The notes under the pieces: generated by a model | Told to the model about the DNA's origin: nothing | Seen by the model: only the letters and a program-made list of their open reading frames with translations | Database searches by the model: none | IMG/VR virus record: IMGVR_UViG_3300020434_000055 | DNA from: a virus | Lineage: Duplodnaviria > Caudoviricetes | Strand: one strand, 5' to 3' | Length of the DNA stretch: 64,000 bases | Made by a program: the position numbers and the translations under genes | Shown here: piece after piece, positions 44,872-54,542 of the stretch | Numbering within the stretch: the first letter of the stretch is position 1 | Layout: each line of letters opens with the position of its first letter

Positions 44872-45491
44872 GCAAATTAAAAGAATTAACGTGGGAACAC
44901 CATAAAAACGCAGAGCGACATGAATTCGCCAAACTTCTAATGAGTGGCAAAATGCCAGAGAAGTTATATGCTACATATCTTTATAATCAACACCCTTGCT
45001 ATGTTATAGTTGAAGCAGTTGGAATGGCATATGGTTTAATGGATGGGGGCTTAAGACGAGCACCTGCAATATGGGACGACTTTAAAGAATTATGGCCAAA
45101 CGTTCCAGATGACGATACTAAAGATTATGAAAAACCATTTATAGCACCTTGCGTAAAAGAATTCCTTGATCATATTCAAAAAATAAAAAGTGATAGAAAA
45201 AAAGTAATGGCCCACATTTATGTTCGTCATATGGCAGATTTAAGTGGAGGTCAAATGATTAGAAAACGTATACCTGGTAAAGGACGTTTATATGATTTTC
45301 CTAAACCAATTGACGAAATGAAAGCTGATGTAAGAAAAAATTTAAGTGATGATATGGCAGATGAGGCAATAATAGCTTTTGGCTTTGCCACTAAATTATT
45401 CAAAGAATTAAGTACACAAATTTATAATGAAGATAATAGAAATACTACAAATGATCCTTTTAAAGGAACAGTTATAGAAGGAAAAGATTAA
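44868..45491 (+). CDS. hemO: Heme oxygenase (HemO/Ho1-like)
   Basis: LKELTWEHH..AE, AHIYVRHMADLSGGQMI, EA..AF.F; GTG start. Confidence 0.9.
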   Translation: MSKLKELTWEHHKNAERHEFAKLLMSGKMPEKLYATYLYNQHPCYVIVEAVGMAYGLMDGGLRRAPAIWDDFKELWPNVPDDDTKDYEKPFIAPCVKEFLDHIQKIKSDRKKVMAHIYVRHMADLSGGQMIRKRIPGKGRLYDFPKPIDEMKADVRKNLSDDMADEAIIAFGFATKLFKELSTQIYNEDNRNTTNDPFKGTVIEGKD

Positions 45492-45697
45492 TGACATCTT
45501 TATCTAAAATAAGACATAGACAAAAGTTTGAAGAAGCACCCAAAAATGATTTTACTGGAAATATGATAAGGGTTAATATTCTTAAAGAAGAAATAGCACA
45601 TCTTAAAACATTACTTCAACCAACGGACACTGGACATATTCATACTGCAATATCTGTCTTGGAAGACCGAATAAAAGAATTAGAAAATGAAAAATGA
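45491..45697 (+). CDS. Hypothetical protein
   Basis: 68 aa; GHIHTAISVLE.R. Confidence 0.6.
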   Translation: MTSLSKIRHRQKFEEAPKNDFTGNMIRVNILKEEIAHLKTLLQPTDTGHIHTAISVLEDRIKELENEK

Positions 45698-46394
45698 GTC
45701 TTTTATTTGGAATAAACTTATAGAGTGTCAAAATCAAATACTAAAAGAGTTTAATACTAGAGGTACAGAAATAACTGAACCTGGTATGGATCATTTTAAC
45801 CAACCTGAAAATGGTTGGATGAATAGAGTATGGCAAACTGAAAATTGTAGACGTTGTCATATAGATGTAGTAGATGCTAGAGATACAAAAGCTCTTTGGA
45901 TGATGCACGTATGTGTTTTTCCTAATCTTGATAATGATGGTCCTATATATGGCTTTGATGTTATTGCAGGTAAAAATAAAATGACTGGAGCCTTCCATGA
46001 TTTTTCAGCATCTTCTGGAGGAGAAAAACATCCTTTAGTAGACTGGTATAAAGATGCAGTAGCAGATTATATACCTAGCAAAAAAAGAGTATTACCTGAA
46101 TGGGCAAAAAATATATTTTCAAGTAGTATGATTGCCGCGGGTAATGTTAGAACAGATGAAGAAGCAACTGCAATAGTTGATTTAGCAATTAGCAATCTTA
46201 AAACTTATTTTGACAGTATAGGACAATACTCAGGTAAAGCACTTAAAGAAAATACAATAAAAGCACAAAATTACTATTGTAATAATCAAACACAAAATCC
46301 ACATACACCCAGAGTAATGTTGTCTTTAGGACTAAACGAAAAAGACGTTAAAAAGTTTTGTACAGACATATTATTTCCTAAAATAAGCCAATAA
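45687..46394 (+). CDS. pcyX: Ferredoxin-dependent bilin reductase, PcyX/PcyA-like
   Basis: RRCHIDVVD, MMHVCVFP, PIYGFDVIAG..K.TGAFHDFS, QN.YC.NQ..NPHT; next to heme oxygenase. Confidence 0.8.
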   Translation: MKNESFIWNKLIECQNQILKEFNTRGTEITEPGMDHFNQPENGWMNRVWQTENCRRCHIDVVDARDTKALWMMHVCVFPNLDNDGPIYGFDVIAGKNKMTGAFHDFSASSGGEKHPLVDWYKDAVADYIPSKKRVLPEWAKNIFSSSMIAAGNVRTDEEATAIVDLAISNLKTYFDSIGQYSGKALKENTIKAQNYYCNNQTQNPHTPRVMLSLGLNEKDVKKFCTDILFPKISQ

Positions 46395-46413
46395 TATCAA
46401 CACTTCTTTGGCA

Positions 46414-46442
46414 TTGACTTTAATACCAAAAATTGCTATAAT
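46414..46442 (+). promoter_or_regulatory. Sigma70 promoter with ATCAACACTT box, leaderless start
   Basis: TTGACT-17-TATAAT; box at 46396-46405. Confidence 0.8.
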
Positions 46443-46448
46443 ATTAAT

Positions 46449-46631
46449 ATGATTCATACATTAGAACAACTCGTACATAAAGTAGATGTTATACATAAAA
46501 AATCAAAAGATCTTGCATTATTAAAAGATACTGCTCATCCAGAAGAAGTAAAATATATGATAGAGGATATCCAAGCCTTAGCAAGAGATATTGCAAACGA
46601 TAAACAGATTACTGAAAAAATAAACGAATGA
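46449..46631 (+). CDS. Hypothetical protein
   Basis: 60-aa ORF at promoter +1. Confidence 0.6.
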   Translation: MIHTLEQLVHKVDVIHKKSKDLALLKDTAHPEEVKYMIEDIQALARDIANDKQITEKINE

Positions 46632-47107
46632 ACATTACTATAAGTGGTGGAAGTAAAAAATTATACGATTTAGCATATAGCATAGTTGACTATTGTGGTA
46701 AAACAGTTTTATCTAAACAACTATACAATACAATTTCAATTGACGTAGAATTTGATAAAAAATTATATAGAGAATCTGGTGTATTAGCAGAAGTAGATTT
46801 TGATGACAGAAATCACAAGCCAAGAGAATTCACAATAACTATAGATTGTACAGTATCTAAAAGAAGAATTATGGAGTCTATTGCTCATGAAATGGTCCAC
46901 GTAAAACAGTACGCCAAAGGAGAAATGGTAGACTTGGAAAGATGTGGGTCTACTAAATGGCAAAATAAAGTCATAGACAAAGAAACCAATTATTGGGACC
47001 GTCCTTGGGAAATCGAAGCTCATGGAAAAGAGCTTGGATTATTTGTCCGTTGGGCTGAACATAATTTACTAGGATCTCAATCCTGGACTCAAGAGAAATA
47101 TAGCTAA
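46628..47107 (+). CDS. Zincin metallopeptidase-like (HEMVH)
   Basis: IAHEMVHVKQY, YW..PWEIEA. Confidence 0.8.
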   Translation: MNITISGGSKKLYDLAYSIVDYCGKTVLSKQLYNTISIDVEFDKKLYRESGVLAEVDFDDRNHKPREFTITIDCTVSKRRIMESIAHEMVHVKQYAKGEMVDLERCGSTKWQNKVIDKETNYWDRPWEIEAHGKELGLFVRWAEHNLLGSQSWTQEKYS

Positions 47108-47162
47108 AATTAACTGCGTATATAATTACTGATTTTTACTATCAGATAATAACTGCATATTT

Positions 47163-47630
47163 TTGATAATTAATTATATGCAGAAGCGAATTCAACATAA
47201 ACTACGAGTCAAAAAAGCACTTAAAAAAAGAGAAGGTGTGAAAAATTTCAAGCCGTCAGTTAGCCAAGCCCAAAGCTGGTTTTCTACTTTGAATAGAGCT
47301 TTATTCAGAGGTAGATTATGGATGCCTGATATTCTTGTTAAAAGAATACACAATGCTCGTGGGCAAATTGTTTATGATTGGGATGGCAGAAAATCGCCAG
47401 TAGGCACATACGATTCTAGAAAAATTCCTTATCATAATGATACCTTATGGATGTCTATGGAATTAGCTTCAAAATTTTCAACGTGGAAAGATTTTATTGA
47501 AACTCTTGCACACGAAATGGTACATCTTTATCAAATACAAATCCAAAAAGATCCTTACGCCAACCATAATAAGAATTTTTATGCTTGGAAAAACACATTT
47601 TCTACTGTAGGATTAAACTTAGAAAGATAA
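47163..47630 (+). CDS. SprT-like metallopeptidase
   Basis: LN..LF, TLAHEMVHLYQ, H...F..W. Confidence 0.8.
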   Translation: MIINYMQKRIQHKLRVKKALKKREGVKNFKPSVSQAQSWFSTLNRALFRGRLWMPDILVKRIHNARGQIVYDWDGRKSPVGTYDSRKIPYHNDTLWMSMELASKFSTWKDFIETLAHEMVHLYQIQIQKDPYANHNKNFYAWKNTFSTVGLNLER

Positions 47631-47644
47631 TTTCTTTAGATCCC

Positions 47645-47815
47645 TTATTTATCAAGATTAGGGTTAGTTAGAAGATCTAGGGTGATTATTTGGTTAATTG
47701 GTACGGCCTTTGGATCCCGAGCCACAACTTTTGGCTTAATTCGGTTACTATACTTAAGACTCTTTTCAGCTTTACGGAGTTCTCTTCGGCGTGCTCTATC
47801 TGATTTCTTTGCCAT
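47645..47815 (-). CDS. Small basic protein (56 aa; not in ORF track)
   Basis: AGGAG SD; MAKKSDRARRRELRKAEK..LTNPNLDK*. Confidence 0.65.
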   Translation of the reverse strand: MAKKSDRARRRELRKAEKSLKYSNRIKPKVVARDPKAVPINQIITLDLLTNPNLDK

Positions 47816-47866
47816 TTGTTATCTCCTAAACTGAATGCTTTAACCATCAATCTACTTATCTATCAT

Positions 47867-47895
47867 TTGACTTTTGGTGTAGAAAATGTTATATT
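47867..47895 (+). promoter_or_regulatory. Sigma70-like promoter for the bS21 operon
   Basis: TTGACT-17-TATATT with TG. Confidence 0.65.
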
Positions 47896-47914
47896 ATAAG
47901 GTAATTATACATAT

Positions 47915-48112
47915 ATGGAAGTAGAAGTTCGAAATAATAACGTAGACAAGGCAATGCGTATCCTTAAGAAGAAAATGAAAAAGGAAGGTCTTTTTGATTT
48001 AATGAAGGATAAACAGTATTACCAAAAGCCTAGTTTTAAAAGACGAGAAAAGAAAAAAAGAAGACTCGTGAATATCAAGAAAGCGGAAAAATTAAGAAGT
48101 AATTTCATTTAG
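47915..48112 (+). CDS. rpsU: Ribosomal protein bS21
   Basis: [15 protein letters not shown]...EG......K.YY.KPS.KRR. Confidence 0.9.
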   Translation: MEVEVRNNNVDKAMRILKKKMKKEGLFDLMKDKQYYQKPSFKRREKKKRRLVNIKKAEKLRSNFI

Positions 48113-48119
48113 GAGGTAA

Positions 48120-48389
48120 ATGAAAGCAAAAGAATTACAATGGAGTACATTTTCAGTACCCTATGGATTTTTTAAGAATTATTTTCTATTAATGATATTT
48201 GCTTTATGGTTTTTACCCGGCGTCATGGGTATAAGATTTACAGTTTTAGGATATATTCTAAATTATCTTTGGGCAGACTTTATGTTTTATATGTGGTATA
48301 AAACCAAAATGTCAGCTAAAGAATATTGGGAAGAACAAAAAAGAAAAAGAGATTGGCAAGACAGGGACGACGATGACAACACATTTTGA
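48120..48389 (+). CDS. Small membrane protein
   Basis: AGGAGG SD, two hydrophobic segments. Confidence 0.65.
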   Translation: MKAKELQWSTFSVPYGFFKNYFLLMIFALWFLPGVMGIRFTVLGYILNYLWADFMFYMWYKTKMSAKEYWEEQKRKRDWQDRDDDDNTF

Positions 48390-48597
48390 TGACACCGTAT
48401 TAATTGAATGTACCGATAATGGTAAAAAAATGGAAGCCGAAGTTCTTACTTTTAAAGAAGAACAATTTTTAAGTGTATCGATCCAAAGAGCAGTGAAATT
48501 AAATATGGCATGGAATTCTAAAAAAAATGTTTATATTGGTAAAGGTTCCGGTCTCGAATTTATAACAACAGGTCCTAAAAAATTTATAACTAATTAA
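48373..48597 (+). CDS. Hypothetical protein
   Basis: 74 aa. Confidence 0.6.
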   Translation: MTTHFDDTVLIECTDNGKKMEAEVLTFKEEQFLSVSIQRAVKLNMAWNSKKNVYIGKGSGLEFITTGPKKFITN

Positions 48598-48601
48598 TAT
48601 A

Positions 48602-49651
48602 ATGAAAAACGTTGGAATAATTGGCGTTGGTAAAATTGGTAGAACGATTGCCGCCTTTTTAAATAAAAAACCCGAAATATTTAAAGTTCATTTAGCAGAT
48701 ATAAATCCATGGGATAAAGATGAATCTATTATAAAAATAGATGCGTCTGATATAAACGAGTGTAAAAGATTTATAGGTGGCAAAGATATAATAATTACAT
48801 CTACTACTCATGACGTTAATATTAATATTGCAAAATCGTGTGCTGAATTAGGAGTAGCATATTTTGATTTAACAGAAGATACAGAAGTTTCAGAGTATAT
48901 TAAAAATTTAGATACAAAAACATTTATGATGCCACAATGTGGATTGGCGCCTGGGGCAGTTAATATTATTGCCGCAAATTTAATCAGTCAATTTGAAGAA
49001 CCACATAAAGTTAAAATGAGAGTTGGAGCATTACCTAAATATCCTACCAATGCAATGTCTTATTATCTTACTTGGTCAACTGATGGTTTACTTAATGAAT
49101 ATGTAAATTATTGTGATGTCATTTCCCATTACGATCATATTAAAGCACATCCACTAGATGGTATAGAATCAATTTATATAGATGGAAATAGATATGAAGC
49201 ATTTAACACATCAGGAGGTAGTGCTTCTATGTGTGAAACATATAAAGACAAAGTTAGAACATTATCATATAAAACTATTAGGTATCCAGGACATTGTGAT
49301 AAAATGAAATTTTTATTAGAAGATTTAAATTTAAAACATAACAAACAAAAATTTATAGAATTATTTGATCAAGAAGTTCCTTATACAACTGCAGATGTTG
49401 TAGTAATGCTTGTATCTGTAATTGGTAAAAAAGATGGCAAATTACAAGAAGTTACATATTCAAATAAAATATATGGCGACACAGATTTTAGTGCCATCCA
49501 AAGAGCAACTGCTTCTGGTGTATGTGCTGTCGTTTTAGCATATGCTACAGGAAAACTTACAGGTACAGGATATATCAAACAGGAGAACATACCACATAAA
49601 GATTTTATAACTAATTTATACGGAGAAATATACAATGGCAGAGCTACTTAA
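48602..49651 (+). CDS. Saccharopine dehydrogenase / lysine 6-dehydrogenase family
   Basis: GVGKIG Rossmann, YFDLTED, CGLAPG, VGALP, LTWSTDGLLNEY, EAFNTSGG, KTIRYPGH. Confidence 0.85.
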   Translation: MKNVGIIGVGKIGRTIAAFLNKKPEIFKVHLADINPWDKDESIIKIDASDINECKRFIGGKDIIITSTTHDVNINIAKSCAELGVAYFDLTEDTEVSEYIKNLDTKTFMMPQCGLAPGAVNIIAANLISQFEEPHKVKMRVGALPKYPTNAMSYYLTWSTDGLLNEYVNYCDVISHYDHIKAHPLDGIESIYIDGNRYEAFNTSGGSASMCETYKDKVRTLSYKTIRYPGHCDKMKFLLEDLNLKHNKQKFIELFDQEVPYTTADVVVMLVSVIGKKDGKLQEVTYSNKIYGDTDFSAIQRATASGVCAVVLAYATGKLTGTGYIKQENIPHKDFITNLYGEIYNGRAT

Positions 49652-51071
49652 AGAAGGTTATAATTTATTAGTTGAAAAATCTACTGACGCCCAAAAAGGT
49701 TGGCTAAAAGTTCCAGCACCTAAACGTGGAGAATTAATTAGAATATTTGGTAACAAATTAAGAGAACACTTACAAGAACTAGGTAAAGGTGTTACTATGG
49801 AAAGTAAAAAAATTTTAGTTGAAGGAGTTGGAGAAGTCCAAGAAGTAATTGATATGTGTGATTTTGCAGTAGGGTTATCAAGACAACTATATGGATTAAC
49901 AATGCCTTCTGAAAGGCCTGATCACAGATTACAAGAAATGTGGCATCCATTAGGTGTAGTAGGTGTTATTACGGCTTTTAATTTTCCAGTAGCGCCATGG
50001 GGTTGGAATTTTTGTTTAGCAATAGTGTGTGGCGATAGTGTTGTATGGAAACCATCTCCTAAAACAATGAAAATATCATACAGATGTAAAGAATTATTTG
50101 ATGATGCAGTTAAAGATTTTAAAAGCAAATATGTTGAAAGTTTAGGAATAGATGTAAAAAATTTATTATTAATATTAGAAGGAGATAAAGAACAAGCAGA
50201 ATGGATGGCTGATGATCCTAATATAAAATTATTAAGTGCAACAGGATCATGTGAAATGGGTAAATCATTAGCACCTAAGGTTTCTGCAAGAATGGGTAAA
50301 GGTTTATATGAACTAGGTGGCAATAATGCAATGATAGTAACTAATAATGCAAATTTTGAATTAGCCGTAAGAGCAATTATTTTTAGTGCTATTGGTACAA
50401 CCGGTCAAAGATGTACTTCTTTAAGAAGACTTTTTGTACAAAAAAATAGTTACGATTCTATGAAAGGTATGCTACATAGAGCATATTCAGGAATTGACCC
50501 TGGTCATCCATTGGACAACGGTGTTTTATTAGGCCCATTAATTGATGAAAAAGCATTTAAAAAAATGCAATCTGTTTTACATAAATGTCGACAAAAAGGA
50601 TACATGGTTTATGGTGGAGATCCACATGAAGAATGTAATAAATTAAATCCGGATCATCCGTATTACGTTTACCCAGCTATTGTTCATGCTGATTTTCATT
50701 CTGAAATGGTTAAAGAAGAAACATTTGCTCCTATCCTTTATATGTTAAAATATGATAAACTAGAAAATGCAATTAAAATGCAAAATGATGTACCTCAAGG
50801 ATTAAGTTCTTGCATTTTTACAGAAAATTTAAGAGAAGCTGAAACATTTATATCTTCAGTTGGTTCTGATTGCGGAATTGTAAATGTTAATATAGGACCA
50901 TCAGGTGCAGAAATAGGTGGAGCATTTGGTGGAGAAAAAGATACAGGTGGTGGCAGAGAATCTGGATCTGATGCTTGGAAATCTTATATGAGAAGAACTA
51001 CAGTTACAATTAATTATGGTAGAAAATTACCTTTAGCACAAGGTATAACTTTTGCATCTGATAAAAAATAA
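49635..51071 (+). CDS. ALDH7-type aldehyde dehydrogenase (aminoadipate-semialdehyde / P6C dehydrogenase)
   Basis: PAPKRGE, ITAFNFPVA, ELGGNNA, GTTGQRCTS, EETFAPILY, IGGAFGGEKDTGGGRESGSDAWK.YMRR. Confidence 0.9.
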   Translation: MAELLKEGYNLLVEKSTDAQKGWLKVPAPKRGELIRIFGNKLREHLQELGKGVTMESKKILVEGVGEVQEVIDMCDFAVGLSRQLYGLTMPSERPDHRLQEMWHPLGVVGVITAFNFPVAPWGWNFCLAIVCGDSVVWKPSPKTMKISYRCKELFDDAVKDFKSKYVESLGIDVKNLLLILEGDKEQAEWMADDPNIKLLSATGSCEMGKSLAPKVSARMGKGLYELGGNNAMIVTNNANFELAVRAIIFSAIGTTGQRCTSLRRLFVQKNSYDSMKGMLHRAYSGIDPGHPLDNGVLLGPLIDEKAFKKMQSVLHKCRQKGYMVYGGDPHEECNKLNPDHPYYVYPAIVHADFHSEMVKEETFAPILYMLKYDKLENAIKMQNDVPQGLSSCIFTENLREAETFISSVGSDCGIVNVNIGPSGAEIGGAFGGEKDTGGGRESGSDAWKSYMRRTTVTINYGRKLPLAQGITFASDKK

Positions 51072-51697
51072 TGCCTAAAGGATTTTATAGAGATCAAGAC
51101 ATTTGTTTTGATATTAAAAAACTGCAAAATGCAATTAAAGAAGTAGATTCAAGAGTAGCAAGACAATCCCCATTAGGAAAAAATGACCTTACTGCAATTT
51201 GTTTAACACAAATACCTGAAGATCCAAATTCAATTACAGGCGGTAATGTTAGAGGTCTATATTGGACAAAACCAGATAGCACATATAAAGAAGTAGAAAG
51301 AGAAGCACCTATTAATGAATCACAATATTCAGAATTTGTTAAACTGTTTGAAGATACATATTTTAAAGAAGTATACGATAAATTAACAACCAAATATGAA
51401 TTAGGTAGAGTTAGATTACTTTGGAAAATGCCACGTACAACATTAAGTTGGCATAGAGACCCTGAACCCAGAATACATATTCCTATCATAACAAATTTTG
51501 GTGCTCGTATGTGTATAGGTGAAGTAGTTCATCATATGCCTGCAGATGGATCTGTATGGGTTACTAATAATACAAAATATCATAACGCATTTAACGGTGG
51601 AGAAGAAGATAGAATACATTTAGTTGCTACTGTTTTAAATTGCGATATGAAAATTTTTGATAGTTATCCAAATTCTTCTCTTAATCAAATTTGGTAA
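51071..51697 (+). CDS. AspH-like 2OG-Fe(II) oxygenase
   Basis: LSWHRD..RIHIPI.TN, H.A.NGG..RIHLV. Confidence 0.75.
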   Translation: MPKGFYRDQDICFDIKKLQNAIKEVDSRVARQSPLGKNDLTAICLTQIPEDPNSITGGNVRGLYWTKPDSTYKEVEREAPINESQYSEFVKLFEDTYFKEVYDKLTTKYELGRVRLLWKMPRTTLSWHRDPEPRIHIPIITNFGARMCIGEVVHHMPADGSVWVTNNTKYHNAFNGGEEDRIHLVATVLNCDMKIFDSYPNSSLNQIW

Positions 51698-51707
51698 TCT
51701 ACTCTAC

Positions 51708-51736
51708 TTGACAATACAACCAATTTCCTTTATTAT
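51708..51736 (+). promoter_or_regulatory. Sigma70 promoter
   Basis: TTGACA-17-TATTAT. Confidence 0.75.
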
Positions 51737-51781
51737 AGTACTAACATTGATAACAATTAATTATTTAAGGAGATATCTTCA

Positions 51782-52030
51782 ATGACAATTACTATACAAG
51801 AAAAAGTCCTTAATGCTTTAAACAACGGACAGGCTCTTTCTTCAGCAACGATCAAAAATAGATTTGGTGCTGGAAATCCAGGCTCTGTAATCCAATCTTT
51901 AAGATTTAAAGGATATCCAGTGTTTTTAAACACAAACAGTAAAACTGGTTGTAAAGTTTATAGAACTGGTAAAGCACCACGAAAAGTAGTAGGTGCAGGA
52001 TATAAAGCATTAGCAAAAGGCTTAATATAA
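51782..52030 (+). CDS. Small HTH-like phage protein
   Basis: AAGGAG SD; KVL.AL.NG..LS...I..RFG.GNP...I..LR..GY. Confidence 0.65.
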   Translation: MTITIQEKVLNALNNGQALSSATIKNRFGAGNPGSVIQSLRFKGYPVFLNTNSKTGCKVYRTGKAPRKVVGAGYKALAKGLI

Positions 52031-52060
52031 TATTAAGAACTCTGTTAGTTCTAATATACT

Positions 52061-52103
52061 AAAGGTCGTCTGTAACCTACGTAATAGGGGGCGACCTTTT
52101 TTT
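52061..52103 (+). terminator. Intrinsic terminator
   Basis: AAAGGTCGTC..GGCGACCTTT followed by T-run. Confidence 0.8.
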
Positions 52104-52142
52104 ATGGCTAATGACCCGCTATTTTACTCGTTTCTTAGGCTA

Positions 52143-52171
52143 TTGACTTTTTGGCTTAAAGGCTTTATTAT
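52143..52171 (+). promoter_or_regulatory. Sigma70-like promoter
   Basis: TTGACT-17-TATTAT. Confidence 0.7.
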
Positions 52172-52201
52172 TATAATAAAGGCAACAGAAGGGCAAAATA
52201 A

Positions 52202-53206
52202 ATGAATAAACAAATCTACGTTTTAGAAGGAAGTTACCGAAATAGAAAAGTCGAAAATACTACTTTTAAATTAGTTAAACCATACCAACCATATCCACAT
52301 AAAGAAGGTGGATTCATCACAGTAAAAATAAACGATCTCACACAATATCCGGGTGCTACAAAAGATCATATAAGAATTAGTTTAAACAACGAAAATCAAT
52401 TAAGAGATAAACCACCAGAATCTCGTAAAGAAGAAACTGACGCAGAAGTTGTTGAAAGAATGCGTAAACGTTTTGAAATTTTAGATTCAATGACTAAAGC
52501 AACCAAAAAAGGAGACATCAGAGCAATGATAGTATCTGGCCCTCCAGGTGTTGGTAAGTCATATGGTGTTGAAAAAGTTTTAGAAAGATATGGAGTTATA
52601 TCTACATTAGGAGATTCTAAAAAGAAATATGAAGTTGTCAAAGGTGCCATGAGTGCTATTGGACTATATGTCAAATTATACAATTTTCAAGAAAAAGATT
52701 GTGTTGTAGTATTTGATGATTGCGATAGTGTTTTATTAGATGACCTATCTTTAAACTTATTAAAAGCGGCTTTAGATTCTAAACGAACTAGAAGAATATG
52801 TTGGAATACAGATTCACATATGCTACGTAGGGAGAATGTACCAGATCATTTTGAATTTAGAGGTTCTGCTATATTCATTACTAACATTAAATTTGATAAT
52901 GTAAAATCTAAAAAATTAAGAGACCATTTAGATGCATTAGAATCTAGATGTCACTACATAGATTTAACAATTGATACTATGAGAGAAAAAATCTTAAGAA
53001 TTAAACAAATCGTAGGAGACGGTATGTTAAATGAATATGCTTTACCAGAAGATGTTAAACAAGAAATAATTCAATGGATAGAAGGTCATAAAAGAAGACT
53101 TAGAGAAGTAAGTCTTAGAACTGTACTTAAAGTAGCAGACTTGGCTAAAAGTTTTCCAGATAATTGGAAAGCAATGGCTGAAAATACAATTTTAAAACCG
53201 AGGTAA
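52202..53206 (+). CDS. AAA+ P-loop ATPase
   Basis: Walker A SGPPGVGKS, Walker B VVFDDCD, ALESR. Confidence 0.85.
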   Translation: MNKQIYVLEGSYRNRKVENTTFKLVKPYQPYPHKEGGFITVKINDLTQYPGATKDHIRISLNNENQLRDKPPESRKEETDAEVVERMRKRFEILDSMTKATKKGDIRAMIVSGPPGVGKSYGVEKVLERYGVISTLGDSKKKYEVVKGAMSAIGLYVKLYNFQEKDCVVVFDDCDSVLLDDLSLNLLKAALDSKRTRRICWNTDSHMLRRENVPDHFEFRGSAIFITNIKFDNVKSKKLRDHLDALESRCHYIDLTIDTMREKILRIKQIVGDGMLNEYALPEDVKQEIIQWIEGHKRRLREVSLRTVLKVADLAKSFPDNWKAMAENTILKPR

Positions 53207-53207
53207 T

Positions 53208-54542
53208 ATGAGAACACAACCACAAGAAGTAATAGCAAAACTAGAAGCAGATAATTCTAGACTTAAAAAAGAAGCAATAGTTTTAGATGCAATGAAAGAA
53301 GGATTGGACGAATTCTTTGAAGGTCTAAAAATGTGTTTAGACAAACTATACACATTTGGAGTTAAACAAGTACCTACTAAAGATGACGTTATATCAGCTC
53401 AAGGCTGTGAATGGAAAGTGTTTAAAAAATTAGCTGAACAACTTTATAATAGAGAACTTACAGGACACGCGGCTCGTGATGCAATTAAACTTGTAATGAG
53501 TTCTGCAACGCCAGAACAATGGAATGGCTTTTATAGAAGAATCTTAATTAAAGATTTAAGATGTGGTGTTACAGAAAAAACTGTAAACAATGTTGCAAAG
53601 AAAAACAAATTTAAACAATATACAATTCCAGTATTCACTTGTCAATTAGCACAAGACTCTGCAAAACACGATAAGAAACTTACTGGTAAGAAAATGTTAG
53701 AAGTTAAATTAGATGGTGCTAGAGTTGTATCAATTGTTTATCCAGATGGCAAAGTTGATATGTTTAGCAGAAATGGAAAAGAGCTAAACAACTTTGGACA
53801 TATTGCAGATGAAATAAGTGAAGTAGTTAAAAATTCTCCACCACCTTATCCTTTAATTTTAGACGGTGAAGTAATGAGTGATAACTTTCAAGACTTAATG
53901 AAACAAATTCATAGAAAAAGTTCTGCAACAGCCAAAGATGCTAAACTGCATTTATTTGATTTTATTCCATTAGCAGATTTCAAAAAAGGCATTTGGAATA
54001 AAAGCCAAAAGGATAGAACAGAAATGGTTAAGGCTTGGTACGAACAACATAAGGCAAGTCTAACAACTGTAGAAGTGTTAGATCATGAAATAGTTGACTT
54101 GGACACAGAAGAAGGGCAAAAGACGTACACAGCGATTAATAAGAGGGCAGTAGACGGGGGATATGAAGGTATCATGATAAAAGACCTAGACGCTCCATAT
54201 GAGTGTAAAAGAACTACGTCTTGGTTAAAATTAAAACCATTTATTGAAGTATCATTGAAAGTAATTGACACAGAAGAAGGTACAGGTAAAAATGTAGGTA
54301 AATTAGGAGCACTTATTGTTGAAGGTACAGATGATGGCAAGTTTATTAAAACGAATGTAGGATCTGGTTTAACTGATGAAAATAGAGAAGAATTTTGGAA
54401 AGCAAAAGGAAAACTTACAGGACAAATAGTAGAAGTTAGAGCAGATGCAATTACACAGAATCAAGATACAAAAAATGAATGGAGTCTTAGATTTCCAAGG
54501 TTCTTAAGATTTAGAGGATTTGATGTCGGAGAAAAAATTTAA
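53208..54542 (+). CDS. lig: ATP-dependent DNA ligase
   Basis: EVKLDGAR, FSRNGK, LDGE, EGIMIKD, WLKLKP, VGSG, SLRFPRF. Confidence 0.95.
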   Translation: MRTQPQEVIAKLEADNSRLKKEAIVLDAMKEGLDEFFEGLKMCLDKLYTFGVKQVPTKDDVISAQGCEWKVFKKLAEQLYNRELTGHAARDAIKLVMSSATPEQWNGFYRRILIKDLRCGVTEKTVNNVAKKNKFKQYTIPVFTCQLAQDSAKHDKKLTGKKMLEVKLDGARVVSIVYPDGKVDMFSRNGKELNNFGHIADEISEVVKNSPPPYPLILDGEVMSDNFQDLMKQIHRKSSATAKDAKLHLFDFIPLADFKKGIWNKSQKDRTEMVKAWYEQHKASLTTVEVLDHEIVDLDTEEGQKTYTAINKRAVDGGYEGIMIKDLDAPYECKRTTSWLKLKPFIEVSLKVIDTEEGTGKNVGKLGALIVEGTDDGKFIKTNVGSGLTDENREEFWKAKGKLTGQIVEVRADAITQNQDTKNEWSLRFPRFLRFRGFDVGEKI

